From the NCBI GenBank assembly GCA_016235675.1, contig JACRJN010000002.1:1-62964 (forward strand): a DNA stretch of 62,964 nucleotides, read 5' to 3'. The notes below the pieces were generated by a model, which saw nothing but the letters and a program-made list of their open reading frames with translations, ran no database searches and was not told where the DNA came from. Shown here one piece after another: positions 18,499 through 27,471 of this stretch; position 1 is the stretch's first letter; every line of letters begins with the position of its first letter. Origin of the DNA: Candidatus Schekmanbacteria bacterium (GTDB taxonomy: Bacteria; SZUA-182). Both the position numbers and the translations under genes were made by a program.

Positions 18499-20217
18499 AT
18501 GAAACGGGAATTTTTTAAAAAGAATCTTATAATCTTCGCATGCACCTTAATCGCGCTGATTTTTTTATTCAAAAACCTGGGTAATGTCTATTTTTGGAGC
18601 GATGAGGCTTATAGTGCGGTTTGCGCTAAAAATACCGCGCTGTTCGGCTACCCCAAGAGTTTCGACGGGCGCAATATCGCACAACACTATTGGTTGATCG
18701 ACGGACAGTGGCGCTTTGCCCCCTTCAACCGTACCACACCCTGGCTGCATCTGTATATGGGAGCGGCCTCCTTCCTGTTATTCGGCTTCAATAATTTCGC
18801 CGCCAGATTCCCATTTGCCCTGACCGGATTTGCCACCATTATTTGCCTCTTTCTTTTCCTGCGCAAATATGAGAAAAATCCCTTTATCGTTAATACCGCT
18901 CTTGTTTTATTAACCTTTTGCATCCCCTTTTATTTGCATATGCGTCAATGCCGCTATTATGCCCCCGCCGCGCTCTTCACTTTACTGGCAACCTGGGGTT
19001 ATCTGGACTTTTTTAATACCGGACGTAAGCGTTATTTTATAATCGCTACCACCTTCCTGTTCTTATCGTTACAATCGGCCATCGCGGTTTTTATTTTAAC
19101 GGTCATAATTCATTCCCTGCTGCGCTTTGATAAGGAACGCTTCAAAAATTTAGTTCTTTGCGGAGCAGCAGTGGCCTTAATCGCCGTTCCCCATGCCATA
19201 CAACTCAGACTCTGGGAGCGTCCGGAGGATTTGCTCAACTGGGAAACCACCATGACCGCCAGATTATATACCAGCCGGATTTTTTGTTATAATATGCATT
19301 TCAATAATTATGTTTTCCCTTATGTTTTAGTATTTGTTTTTCTTGTTTGGGCGGGGATAAAAGGTTATTTCAACAAAAAAGCCTTCGGCGCACGGGAACA
19401 TCTGAGCTTTCTGCTTATTCTTTGTACTATCAATCTGTTCTTTCTGGCTTATGTAGCGCCCCAGCATTTCCGCATGGTGCTGCATCATGTGCCGGAAGTT
19501 TGTATCCTGGGCGCCTATGTAATCTACTTTTTCAGACAGCGGATGGGCAAATATGCGGCTTTAATTTTATTATCAATTATTTCAACCAGTAATGTTTTGC
19601 ATGTGTTGCCCTATCAAATAAGCAAAATACCCGGCATTCATCAAGCTGTTGCCGGGGCGATTAAAAACGTCTATCATTGGGATATTTGGGGATGGATGTT
19701 GTGGAAAATGAGTTTGCGGGCGCCTGTTCATTCTTATCAGGCGGAATATGTTTATGAAATTACCCACGACTATGACGGCCCGATTGAAGGGATAGCTAAA
19801 TATCTTAATACACACGCCGGAACAGACGACATTGTCAAAATATCCTACGGCGATTACGCCCTTCAATTTTATACCGATAGATTTATCATCCCCCGCGGAG
19901 AGATTAAAAATGATGTTATTCCCGATTGGTTAATTTTAAGAGGCGATTATTGGAAAACCAGACGGCAGAATCCGCCGCTTGATCAATACTTTGCCCCGTT
20001 AATTGAAAAGGAATTTGAAAAAATCGTCATCGATTACCCGGAAATCAATTGGGAAAACAATCCTGAACCTGAATATCATAAATACCAAACAGTCGTTATT
20101 GATTATCGGCAAATTCAACCGGTCGTAATCTACCGGCGCAAAAAGCCGTATCCGGAATTATCCCGCCAGGAAAAATCAGCTATGATAAATAAGTTATGGG
20201 AACAGAAATCCTATTAA
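18499..20217 (+). CDS. Polytopic membrane protein, ArnT/PMT (GT-C) glycosyltransferase-like
   Basis: 572 aa, more than 10 hydrophobic segments. N-terminal YFWSDEAYSA resembles the GT-C DE motif loop. Soluble C-terminal domain. Confidence 0.5.
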   Translation: MKREFFKKNLIIFACTLIALIFLFKNLGNVYFWSDEAYSAVCAKNTALFGYPKSFDGRNIAQHYWLIDGQWRFAPFNRTTPWLHLYMGAASFLLFGFNNFAARFPFALTGFATIICLFLFLRKYEKNPFIVNTALVLLTFCIPFYLHMRQCRYYAPAALFTLLATWGYLDFFNTGRKRYFIIATTFLFLSLQSAIAVFILTVIIHSLLRFDKERFKNLVLCGAAVALIAVPHAIQLRLWERPEDLLNWETTMTARLYTSRIFCYNMHFNNYVFPYVLVFVFLVWAGIKGYFNKKAFGAREHLSFLLILCTINLFFLAYVAPQHFRMVLHHVPEVCILGAYVIYFFRQRMGKYAALILLSIISTSNVLHVLPYQISKIPGIHQAVAGAIKNVYHWDIWGWMLWKMSLRAPVHSYQAEYVYEITHDYDGPIEGIAKYLNTHAGTDDIVKISYGDYALQFYTDRFIIPRGEIKNDVIPDWLILRGDYWKTRRQNPPLDQYFAPLIEKEFEKIVIDYPEINWENNPEPEYHKYQTVVIDYRQIQPVVIYRRKKPYPELSRQEKSAMINKLWEQKSY

Positions 20218-20426
20218 GCCAAGCATCCCGCACTTACATTCAATCTTTATAATAATCTGTATCTATTGAATCGAACTGAAATTCCGCCGATGCAGAGAAT
20301 TTAGGCTGGTTATACCAAATAGCATCAAAAAATATAGTTACCTGACTTATCAGGTTCTTTCCGCCCGATAAATTGGGCAACTATATGTATATCATTTGGA
20401 ACGTAACTTGGTATTGCTTGAAATAA

Positions 20427-20501
20427 TGGTGGGCGATACTGGTTTCGAACCAGTGGCCTCTGCCGTGTGAAGGCAGCGCTCTACCCCTGAGCTAATCGCC
20501 C
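20427..20501 (-). tRNA. tRNA-Val (anticodon CAC), CCA encoded
   Basis: The reverse complement reads GGGCGAT TA GCTCAGGGGTAGAGC G CTGCC TTCACAC GGCAG AGGCC ACTGGTTCGAAACCAGT ATCGCCC ACCA. Confidence 0.9.
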
Positions 20502-20521
20502 GTTCAATTTGAAACGCCTAA

Positions 20522-20550
20522 ATGCTACTATGAACTACTAAGGTTGTCAA
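20522..20550 (-). promoter_or_regulatory. Candidate sigma-70 promoter for tRNA-Val
   Basis: On the minus strand: TTGACA (20550-20545), 17 nt, TAGCAT (20527-22). Ends about 20 nt upstream of the tRNA 5' end. Confidence 0.5.
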
Positions 20551-20743
20551 TACCAATATTTTCATTCATCAGAGCAATCGCTGCCAAACCTTCCAAGACA
20601 AAACATCAGTCATAAAATATATTATTTACAGTCTCAATGATATTAATAGTACTGTTTATAAGTCATTATAATACAAGTTGTATTACTTGACAATAGCTAT
20701 TTTGCGTGGTAGAACAATAAGTAAGAGAACTATTAAAAATTTA

Positions 20744-20772
20744 TTGACTTCTCCTGGGCAATATGTTATTAT
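20744..20772 (+). promoter_or_regulatory. Near-consensus sigma-70 promoter with no annotated downstream gene for about 630 nt
   Basis: TTGACT (20744-49), 17 nt, TATTAT (20767-72), inside an AT-rich ORF-free region. Confidence 0.4.
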
Positions 20773-21269
20773 CCGGGTATGTATACCTGATACATCTATA
20801 ATATGATAGTTTAACAGCTTTTAATATTTTTTCGCCCTGAGGATACTCCGCTCCTAACTATTTATTTGATTTAATTTTAGAAATAAAATTGTAATTTCTA
20901 TCAACAAAAGCAGATAAAAGGTACCTTTTTTGCAATAAAACATAGCCAGGGAATCTCTTATAATAGGGTTATTTTGGGGAAACAAAAAATCCATTTTTAA
21001 TCTTTGTCGAATTAAGCCGGGATTATTCTTGACCTCAATGCCATTAAGAGCTTATCCATAAATAACCGTTACCTTTGGTTTCCCCCTTTAGCAAAGGGGG
21101 ATTAAGGGGGATTTGCAAATTGTAATTTCCATAAAGAATTTAATCTTTTGACAATATGTCGTGTTCGAATAATTACTTAAAGTTAGATTCAATTTGAAAA
21201 TCTCCCCAACCCCTCTTTGCCAAAGAGGGAAAAGTTATTTACGGATATATTCTTAGTCAAGGTTTAAAT

Positions 21270-21347
21270 GTAGCGCAGACCTTTAGGTCTGCTACCGGCT
21301 ACTGGGTTTGATGTGTGTCCGGAAGCAGGGCTAAAGCCCTGCGCTAC
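21270..21347. repeat. Family E element
   Basis: GTAGCGC AGACCTTTAGGTCT .. GCAGGGCTAAAGCCCTGC GCTAC. Confidence 0.75.
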
Positions 21348-21402
21348 GTCTTAAGTCAATGGCGTTCTTTAAATACGCAAAGTTTCCATAAAGGAAAACT
21401 CC

Positions 21403-23328
21403 ATGTTGGTTGCAGAACAAATAATCGAATTGGAAAATATTATAGAAGGGAAAAGCACTTTAGCCCGAATGCAGCAGTTAAATCAATTGAGTGAATCCCT
21501 GCATATACCGGCTCCCCTGGAGAAGAAACTCAATATAATCTGTGACGGGGTAGTTAATATCTTTCAGGCTGATTTTTGCCGGATCTGGCTTACCAGACCT
21601 GGCGATCTTTGCGACAACGGCTGTACTCACGCGGAGCCCACACAGTACCATCACCGCTGTCAAATGCGTACTTGCTGCCTGCATTTAATCGCCTCTGCCG
21701 GTCGCTATACCCACACTAGCGGCGGGCAGCATATGCGAATTCCCCTGGGCTGTTATAAAATCGGGATGATTGCCCAGGGCAACGGCACAAAATTCCTTAC
21801 CAATAATGTTGTCCAGGATAAACAGGTCCACAACAACAAATGGGCTAAAGAATTAGGTTTGGTGGCCTTTGCCGGATACAGGCTCGTTTCCGCCGCCGGT
21901 AAAACCAAGGGAGTGCTGGCGCTTTTTTCTAAAAACCCCATCACCCCGGAAGAAAATCTTTTGTTGGAAGGTATTGCCGATACCACCGCCAATATTATTT
22001 GCTCGGAACAAACCAATGAAGCCCTCCAGGACAGCGAAAAGCGCTTGCGCACCTTCTTTGAAAGTGCCACCATCGGCATGGTTATCGTCGACCTGAACAA
22101 CCCCCCCTCCGGCCCGAATCGCGTTCAATACAACCCCGCCGCCCAAAAATTTTTAGGCTACAGCCACAAAGAACTGGAACACAAAAACATCGCCGATATT
22201 TCCCACCCTGAGGATTTGGATAAAGACCTTGCGCTTTTTGACGACTTAGTGGCGGGAAAACGCAGCTCCTACGAAACTGAAAAGCGTTATATCCGTAAAG
22301 ACGGGAAAATTGTCTGGGCGCGTCTGAATTTAAGTCTGCTCCAGGATAAAATCGAGAATAAGAAATACAGCCTGGCCACCTTAATCGATATTACGGAGCG
22401 TAAACAGGCTGAAGAGGACTTGAAATTATTCAGATACTTAATCGATCAATCCAATGACGCGATATTTGTTATCGATCCCAAAACCGGCAAATTTCTGGAT
22501 GTTAATCAACATGCCTGTAAAATGCTGAAATATCCCTGCCAGGAACTATTAACCCTGGGCATTGATGAAATAGAAATAAATAACCCGGAGTTGCATTCCT
22601 GGGAGGAATACATTAAAAAGATCCGGCGTGAAGGCCATCTGATTGTGGAAGGCGTACAAAAGCGTAAAGACGGAACCAGATTCCCGGTGGAGATGAGCAT
22701 CAAATATATTACCCACGCAAAGCAGGATTATTTGGTGGCTTTGGGCCGCGATATCACCCGGCGCAAAAAGATGGAAAAGAAGATGACTACCCTGTTGACC
22801 AAAGTCATCAAAGCCAAACAGGAATGGGAAATGACTTTCGATACCACGATCGAATTAGTGGTAATCGTAAACAGATTCCACAAAATCATCCGCTGCAACA
22901 AGAGCTTTGCCGGTTTTGTAGGCAAAGCCACCCAGGAACTCCTGGGGAAAAATTGTTACGCTTATCTGCGCTGCGACACCAGCAAGCTGGAGGAATGCAA
23001 ACAGCACCAGCCGGTTGAAAAAACCATCGCCATAGATGATAAAAACGGTCTCTCTCATTGGTTTTATCTTAATTGCCGGCCAATTAAAGATAAAAGCGGC
23101 AAGTTCTTATATACAGTTATCGCCTGCACGGATATTACTGATTTAAAAGAAACCACCAACCGGCTGATCGAATCCAAAAAAGAATTGAATAACCGGGTCG
23201 ACGAGTTGGAAAAATTCTATGAAATGGCTGTAGGCCGGGAATTGAAAATGAAAGAACTTAAAGAAGAGATCAAAAAACTCAGGCATGAGTTGAAAGCCTA
23301 TCAAGTTAACGATGAGCAAATCCCTTGA
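21403..23328 (+). CDS. Sensor protein: Cys/His-rich GAF-like domain, tandem PAS/PAC domains and a C-terminal coiled coil, with no catalytic output domain
   Basis: CDNGCTHAEPTQYHHRCQMRTCCLHLIASAG in the N-domain. PAS S-box-like segments (LRTFFESATIGMVIVD; YLIDQSNDAIFVID). C-terminal ELEKFYEMAVGRELKMKELKEEIKKLRHEL. Confidence 0.7.
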   Translation: MLVAEQIIELENIIEGKSTLARMQQLNQLSESLHIPAPLEKKLNIICDGVVNIFQADFCRIWLTRPGDLCDNGCTHAEPTQYHHRCQMRTCCLHLIASAGRYTHTSGGQHMRIPLGCYKIGMIAQGNGTKFLTNNVVQDKQVHNNKWAKELGLVAFAGYRLVSAAGKTKGVLALFSKNPITPEENLLLEGIADTTANIICSEQTNEALQDSEKRLRTFFESATIGMVIVDLNNPPSGPNRVQYNPAAQKFLGYSHKELEHKNIADISHPEDLDKDLALFDDLVAGKRSSYETEKRYIRKDGKIVWARLNLSLLQDKIENKKYSLATLIDITERKQAEEDLKLFRYLIDQSNDAIFVIDPKTGKFLDVNQHACKMLKYPCQELLTLGIDEIEINNPELHSWEEYIKKIRREGHLIVEGVQKRKDGTRFPVEMSIKYITHAKQDYLVALGRDITRRKKMEKKMTTLLTKVIKAKQEWEMTFDTTIELVVIVNRFHKIIRCNKSFAGFVGKATQELLGKNCYAYLRCDTSKLEECKQHQPVEKTIAIDDKNGLSHWFYLNCRPIKDKSGKFLYTVIACTDITDLKETTNRLIESKKELNNRVDELEKFYEMAVGRELKMKELKEEIKKLRHELKAYQVNDEQIP

Positions 23329-24395
23329 AAAATACTAAAAATTCTAAAATACCATCTCATCTTATAAAAAGCTGGCAAGCCTTGATTAACGCCTTGCCCT
23401 ACCCGGTTTCCATCCACGACACAACGCTAAAAATCGTCATTTCCAATCAAATATTTAAAGACTTTTATAGCCTTCCGGGTGATATTCCGGAAACCCCTTG
23501 TCATCAAATAATCCATTGCCAATCGATGCCGAAAGAAAATTGTCCGGCCTTAAAAACCCTGCAAAGCGGCAAAGCGGAAAAGGCGGAAATCCAGGAACCG
23601 AATTTGAAAAAGAATTTACTCATCAATACGTCGCCTCTTTATCATCAGGAAGTTATCTTAGGTGTAATCCATACCGTAACGGACATAACCGAATTGCGGG
23701 CCTCGATTAACGAACTGACCGAACGGGAAGCCACGTTGCGGCGCAGTCGTGACGCATTTTTCAATATGCTGGAGGATATAAACGAATCCTATAATGAATT
23801 GAAAAGCCTGTTCATGTCCCTGGTGCGGGCTATGGTCAACGCCCTGGATGCCAAAAGCCCCTGGACAAGGGGTCATTCGGAGCGGGTGGCCGATTATGCT
23901 GAGCGAATCGCCCAGGAAATGGGGCTGGATGAAAATAAGATCAAATGTTGCAGCCTGGCCGGTTTGTTGCACGACATCGGCAAATTGGGTACTTATGATT
24001 ATCTGCTCAATAAACCGGACAGCCTGACCAATGAAGAAATCGAGATCATCCGGAAACATCCCCTCAAGGGAGCGGAAATTTTACAGGATATAAAACAGCT
24101 AAAAGAAATAATACCTTATATCCGGCATCACCATGAGCGAATCGACGGCAAAGGCTATCCCGATGGATTGAAAGGGGAAGATATTCCGCTAATCGCCCGC
24201 ATCCTCCATGTCGCCGACTCCTTCGACGCCATGACCAGTTGCCGCCCCTCTCGCCCCACCCCCAACATCGAATATGCCGTCAATGCCTTCCTCACCTACC
24301 GCGGCAGCCAGTTCGATCCCCAGATTGTGACGACTTTTTTGAATATTTTGAAAAAAGAGAAGCGAATCGGGGATGATATTGTGGTAGAGAAGTAA
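23325..24395 (+). CDS. PAS-like sensor fused to an HD-GYP phosphohydrolase (probable c-di-GMP phosphodiesterase)
   Basis: HSERVADYA..LLHDIGKLG..HHERIDGKGYPDGL (HD and GYP motifs). The TTG start overlaps the upstream stop (TTGA at 23325-23328). Confidence 0.8.
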   Translation: MKNTKNSKIPSHLIKSWQALINALPYPVSIHDTTLKIVISNQIFKDFYSLPGDIPETPCHQIIHCQSMPKENCPALKTLQSGKAEKAEIQEPNLKKNLLINTSPLYHQEVILGVIHTVTDITELRASINELTEREATLRRSRDAFFNMLEDINESYNELKSLFMSLVRAMVNALDAKSPWTRGHSERVADYAERIAQEMGLDENKIKCCSLAGLLHDIGKLGTYDYLLNKPDSLTNEEIEIIRKHPLKGAEILQDIKQLKEIIPYIRHHHERIDGKGYPDGLKGEDIPLIARILHVADSFDAMTSCRPSRPTPNIEYAVNAFLTYRGSQFDPQIVTTFLNILKKEKRIGDDIVVEK

Positions 24396-24497
24396 TCCCC
24401 TCTCCCTCTGGGAGAGGGCTAGGGTGAGGGTACCATAATTTAATTTATTTTAGCTTTTGTACCCTCATCCCAACCTTCTCCCAGAGGGAGAAGGAGC
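24396..24497. repeat. Family F element
   Basis: TCCCCTCTCCCTCTGGGAGAGGGCTAGGGTGAGGGTACC..GTACCCTCATCCCAACCTTCTCCCAGAGGGAGAAGGAG. Confidence 0.85.
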
Positions 24498-24516
24498 TTA
24501 AATAACCGGTACTGGG

Positions 24517-24825
24517 TTAACCGGACAGATTTAATTCTTTGATCTTTTTGCGGAGGGTATTGCGATTAATGCCTAATAATTGGGCGGCGGCCAGTTGACT
24601 GTCGGTCTTGGATAAAGCCAGCCTTAACAGAACGGCTTCCGTCTGTTTAATAACCTCCTTATAGAGATTATGATTTCCTTCCACCGATCTTACCATGCCC
24701 ACTATTTCGGCTAATTTTTGTTCCAGCAATTCCCGCAGGGAATATTGGTTCGTCACTTCCAGCAGGAAGTCTGTTTTGGTTTTGCCATTATTGCCGTTAT
24801 TCATAAAATTCCCACCAAAAATCAT
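24517..24825 (-). CDS. fis: Fis-family DNA-binding protein
   Basis: C-terminal HTH AAAQLLGINRNTLRKKIKELNL. The alternative ATG at 24804 may be the true start. Confidence 0.75.
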   Translation of the reverse strand: MIFGGNFMNNGNNGKTKTDFLLEVTNQYSLRELLEQKLAEIVGMVRSVEGNHNLYKEVIKQTEAVLLRLALSKTDSQLAAAQLLGINRNTLRKKIKELNLSG

Positions 24826-25303
24826 TATCAGTTAAAGGATCGTAATAGTAAAGCCGGTTTCCACGTCGAACCAGAGAATGATACTGGGGAACTCCCCCAT
24901 TATCGCGCATCAACCGTTCAGCACTCAGGATAAAACCTAAAAATGCCCCATGTTTTTGAATCGCCTGGCGGCCATATTGAGAACAGGTCGGATACAGTTG
25001 GCAGCGCGGGCCGTCAACCGGAGAGATAACGCGTTGAAAAAATACAACGTAGCTATCGAACACTATTTTCGGTACAGATGTTTCATATTTAACTGATTTA
25101 GGTTTTCTAATTGCCCCTTTTTTTATGGGGGGAGCCAGCATTTCACCCTGACCGGCATACCCCGATGTTAGCGGAGCAGCCCAAATTGCCGCGATAACCA
25201 GACTAACCCTTAAGCCCTGCCAGTAATTTCCCGGCCTCTTGTGCCTCAGCGTTATCGGGGTAGTCTTTGAGAATTGTTTCCAATAATTTAATCGCTTCAT
25301 CAC
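24797..25303 (-). CDS. YidD-domain protein, second and longer paralogue (start uncertain)
   Basis: FFQRVISPVDGPRCQLYPTCSQYGRQAIQKHGAFLGFILSAERLMRDN matches the YidD core. About 65 extra aa at the N-terminus and 45 at the C-terminus. The 5' 100 nt overlap the upstream gene. Confidence 0.55.
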   Translation of the reverse strand: MMKRLNYWKQFSKTTPITLRHKRPGNYWQGLRVSLVIAAIWAAPLTSGYAGQGEMLAPPIKKGAIRKPKSVKYETSVPKIVFDSYVVFFQRVISPVDGPRCQLYPTCSQYGRQAIQKHGAFLGFILSAERLMRDNGGVPQYHSLVRRGNRLYYYDPLTDNDFWWEFYE

Positions 25304-25901
25304 GGTTATTTTTACTTAAATGAATTTTTGCCGCCGCTAAATACGCCTCCGAGGCGATACGCGGATTTTTTAATTCCTTTAACAGCTTGCCGTATTCGGC
25401 TAAAGCGGCATCCTGATCCTTTAAATCATTTTCATAGATACGGGCTATATATACGGTACAGCGCTCGACATTAAAATCGGCGCCGTTTATTTTCATCGAA
25501 TGTTTATATTTTTCGATAGCCTCTTTAGGCTTGCCCTTTTGATGTTCGATGTCCCCCATCCGCCGCCAGCCTAAACCGGCATACGGGCCTTTGGGATAAT
25601 CATGTGTCAAGTCATTATAAGCGAAAACCGCCTTATCGGTTTGATTCAACTGCATGTATGATTCGCCGATCAAATAAGCTACTTCGGGGGCGTAAGGAGT
25701 CTGGCTGTTTTCTTTCAGGTAAGCCTTTAGTTCAGCTATAGCTTCCTCATGGCGCCCTGTGGCTTGTAAATATTTCATCTGCGCCAAATCGGAGAGTTTG
25801 GGTTTGGGGGCGCAGCCGTTTACCAAAGGTAACAGTAACGGAAGGATTAGAGGCAAAACTTTTGTTTTATTTATCTTGCCCCAGATTGACCATGATTTCA
25901 T
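25203..25901 (-). CDS. TPR-repeat lipoprotein (BamD/YbgF-like)
   Basis: Lipobox LPLVNGC. TPR-like repeats (AYLIGESYMQLNQTDKAVFAYNDL, etc.). Confidence 0.6.
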   Translation of the reverse strand: MKSWSIWGKINKTKVLPLILPLLLPLVNGCAPKPKLSDLAQMKYLQATGRHEEAIAELKAYLKENSQTPYAPEVAYLIGESYMQLNQTDKAVFAYNDLTHDYPKGPYAGLGWRRMGDIEHQKGKPKEAIEKYKHSMKINGADFNVERCTVYIARIYENDLKDQDAALAEYGKLLKELKNPRIASEAYLAAAKIHLSKNNRDEAIKLLETILKDYPDNAEAQEAGKLLAGLKG

Positions 25902-26190
25902 ATAACGTTCCTCCGCTCATATAAACTTCTTTTTGAAAAGACTTATAGCCTTCCCTTTTTATTTCAATATTGTGTACGCCGCTATCGACGACTAACGGGG
26001 TATCCTCGTTCTCATAATTTTCCGCTTCCCCCTTATCCTGACCGTCTACATAAACACGGGCATCGTCCGGTCGAACGATAAACCTGATCATTCCCTGGTT
26101 TCCGGCAGCTCTGATGGTGGTTTTGGGAGCGGAACAGGCCGCCGATAATAGTATACCACTGATTAAAACAGACAGTAAGGGTTTCTTCAT
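25867..26190 (-). CDS. PEGA-domain lipoprotein
   Basis: Lipobox LLSAAC. PDDARVYVDGQDKGE..TPLVVDSGVHNIEIKREGYKSFQKEV is a PEGA pattern. Confidence 0.65.
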   Translation of the reverse strand: MKKPLLSVLISGILLSAACSAPKTTIRAAGNQGMIRFIVRPDDARVYVDGQDKGEAENYENEDTPLVVDSGVHNIEIKREGYKSFQKEVYMSGGTLYEIMVNLGQDK

Positions 26191-26242
26191 TGTTATTCCA
26201 AAAATTAACTACTGCGCCAGTTCGTAGCGCGGGGGTTCATCC

Positions 26243-26389
26243 CATAAGCGTTAACTTAGGCTCCTTCTCCCCTTGGGAGAAGGTCGGGATGAGGGTACAA
26301 AAGCTTAAGAAATTAAATTATGGTACCCTCACCCTAACCCTCTCCCACCAGGGGAGAGGGGACTTTAAATGCCTAAGTTAACGCTTATG
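26243..26389. repeat. Family F element inside an outer CATAAGCGTTAACTTAGG / CCTAAGTTAACGCTTATG palindrome
   Basis: Reverse orientation relative to 18233-18308 and 24396-24497. The outer arms are exact complements. Confidence 0.85.
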
Positions 26390-26523
26390 GGGTTTATCCC
26401 CCGCATCCGCTGCAGGACTCCTGCGTCTGCTGTTGGGGATAAACCCCAACGCTACAAATCTCCCAAAGGGAGAGGATTAATACAAATATCAGTTGCGGCA
26501 CAGCCCCTAAAGCCCTGGGACTA

Positions 26524-27471
26524 CTACTGCGCCAGCTTCACAATATCGTTAGTCTGAAAATTTACACCCACAACCGGTACGGCGGTAGAGCCGTTTTCCC
26601 CAAAGAATCCGGTGATCTGAACCTGTCCGATTTTGCTTTGGGTAAAGCCCAGGGATAAGCCGGTAACCGGATCGCTAATTTCCTTGCCGGGACGATAAAC
26701 ATCCAGCTTATCGTTAATCGCCAGACCGACCTGTTGTCCGGCATTTATATAGACCGTCCCGCCTTCCACCTGGGCGATTCTCCCGGCCCATTCGCCGGCT
26801 CTCATAGTCTGAACGATATTGTCGATAAATTTTGCAATCGCCGAACGCAACGCCTTACCGGCTAAGGTTTCATCGTACCCGGCCCGGCCTCCCATGCCCA
26901 AAACTTCAGAAGTTTCCGTTGTAGCCGAACCCTGACCGGTTTCCGCCAGCAGAATCTGTCCGGTACCGGTATCGATAACCCGCAAATCCACGGCGGTTTC
27001 CGCGATCTGCAATTTGGATTTATAGAAACCGACATCCGTTCCCTGCGATTTAATCCCGAACTGAGAAACCGCTCCGGTAACGATGGCGTTCAATCCTAAG
27101 ATTTGTCCGGCGCGGGTTGCGGTTTTGGGATCGATTACCCCGGACATCCCCAGACCCTGCTCCTCCATAATCTGATTGAGCTTCGCCCGTTCGATGACGA
27201 TAAATTGCTGAGATTTGACTAATTCCGTAGTCAAGATGTCAGCCGCCGAACTGCCCAGCCGCTCGCGCCCATATGCGGTCTTGTTTTCGAAATCGATTAC
27301 CGCCACCCGTTTTTTCGGCCCTTTGCTCAGAATAACTTTTTTCACGGGTTCCGCTTGCAGTTCCTTGGTGGCAGCGCATCCGCCCGAAAATATCACTATC
27401 CCGGCGGACAATAAAAGAATCAAGGGTTTCAGTTTGTTTTTCATGGCATTAATTTTATTTCGAAAATACAT
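26524..27471 (-). CDS. CsgG-family lipoprotein (curli-secretion-channel-like)
   Basis: Lipobox IFSGGC (probable start MKNKLKPL at 27444). KRVAVIDFENKT..AADILTTELVKSQQFIVIERAKLNQIMEEQGL..ILGLNAIVTGAVSQFG. Confidence 0.7.
   Translation of the reverse strand: MYFRNKINAMKNKLKPLILLLSAGIVIFSGGCAATKELQAEPVKKVILSKGPKKRVAVIDFENKTAYGRERLGSSAADILTTELVKSQQFIVIERAKLNQIMEEQGLGMSGVIDPKTATRAGQILGLNAIVTGAVSQFGIKSQGTDVGFYKSKLQIAETAVDLRVIDTGTGQILLAETGQGSATTETSEVLGMGGRAGYDETLAGKALRSAIAKFIDNIVQTMRAGEWAGRIAQVEGGTVYINAGQQVGLAINDKLDVYRPGKEISDPVTGLSLGFTQSKIGQVQITGFFGENGSTAVPVVGVNFQTNDIVKLAQ

Noticed and set aside
20218-20426. Integration site or genomic-island junction at the 3' end of tRNA-Val
   Set aside because: No integrase is present, there is no direct repeat of the tRNA 3' end, and the flanking glycosyltransferase-like gene looks native.
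20780-21060. 6S RNA, RNase P RNA, tmRNA or a c-di-GMP riboswitch in the AT-rich region upstream of the sensor gene
   Set aside because: I could not find the conserved RNase P GAGGAAAGTCC motif, a tmRNA tag or acceptor, or the GEMM motifs. 6S RNA cannot be judged by eye. I left this as an open observation rather than a feature.
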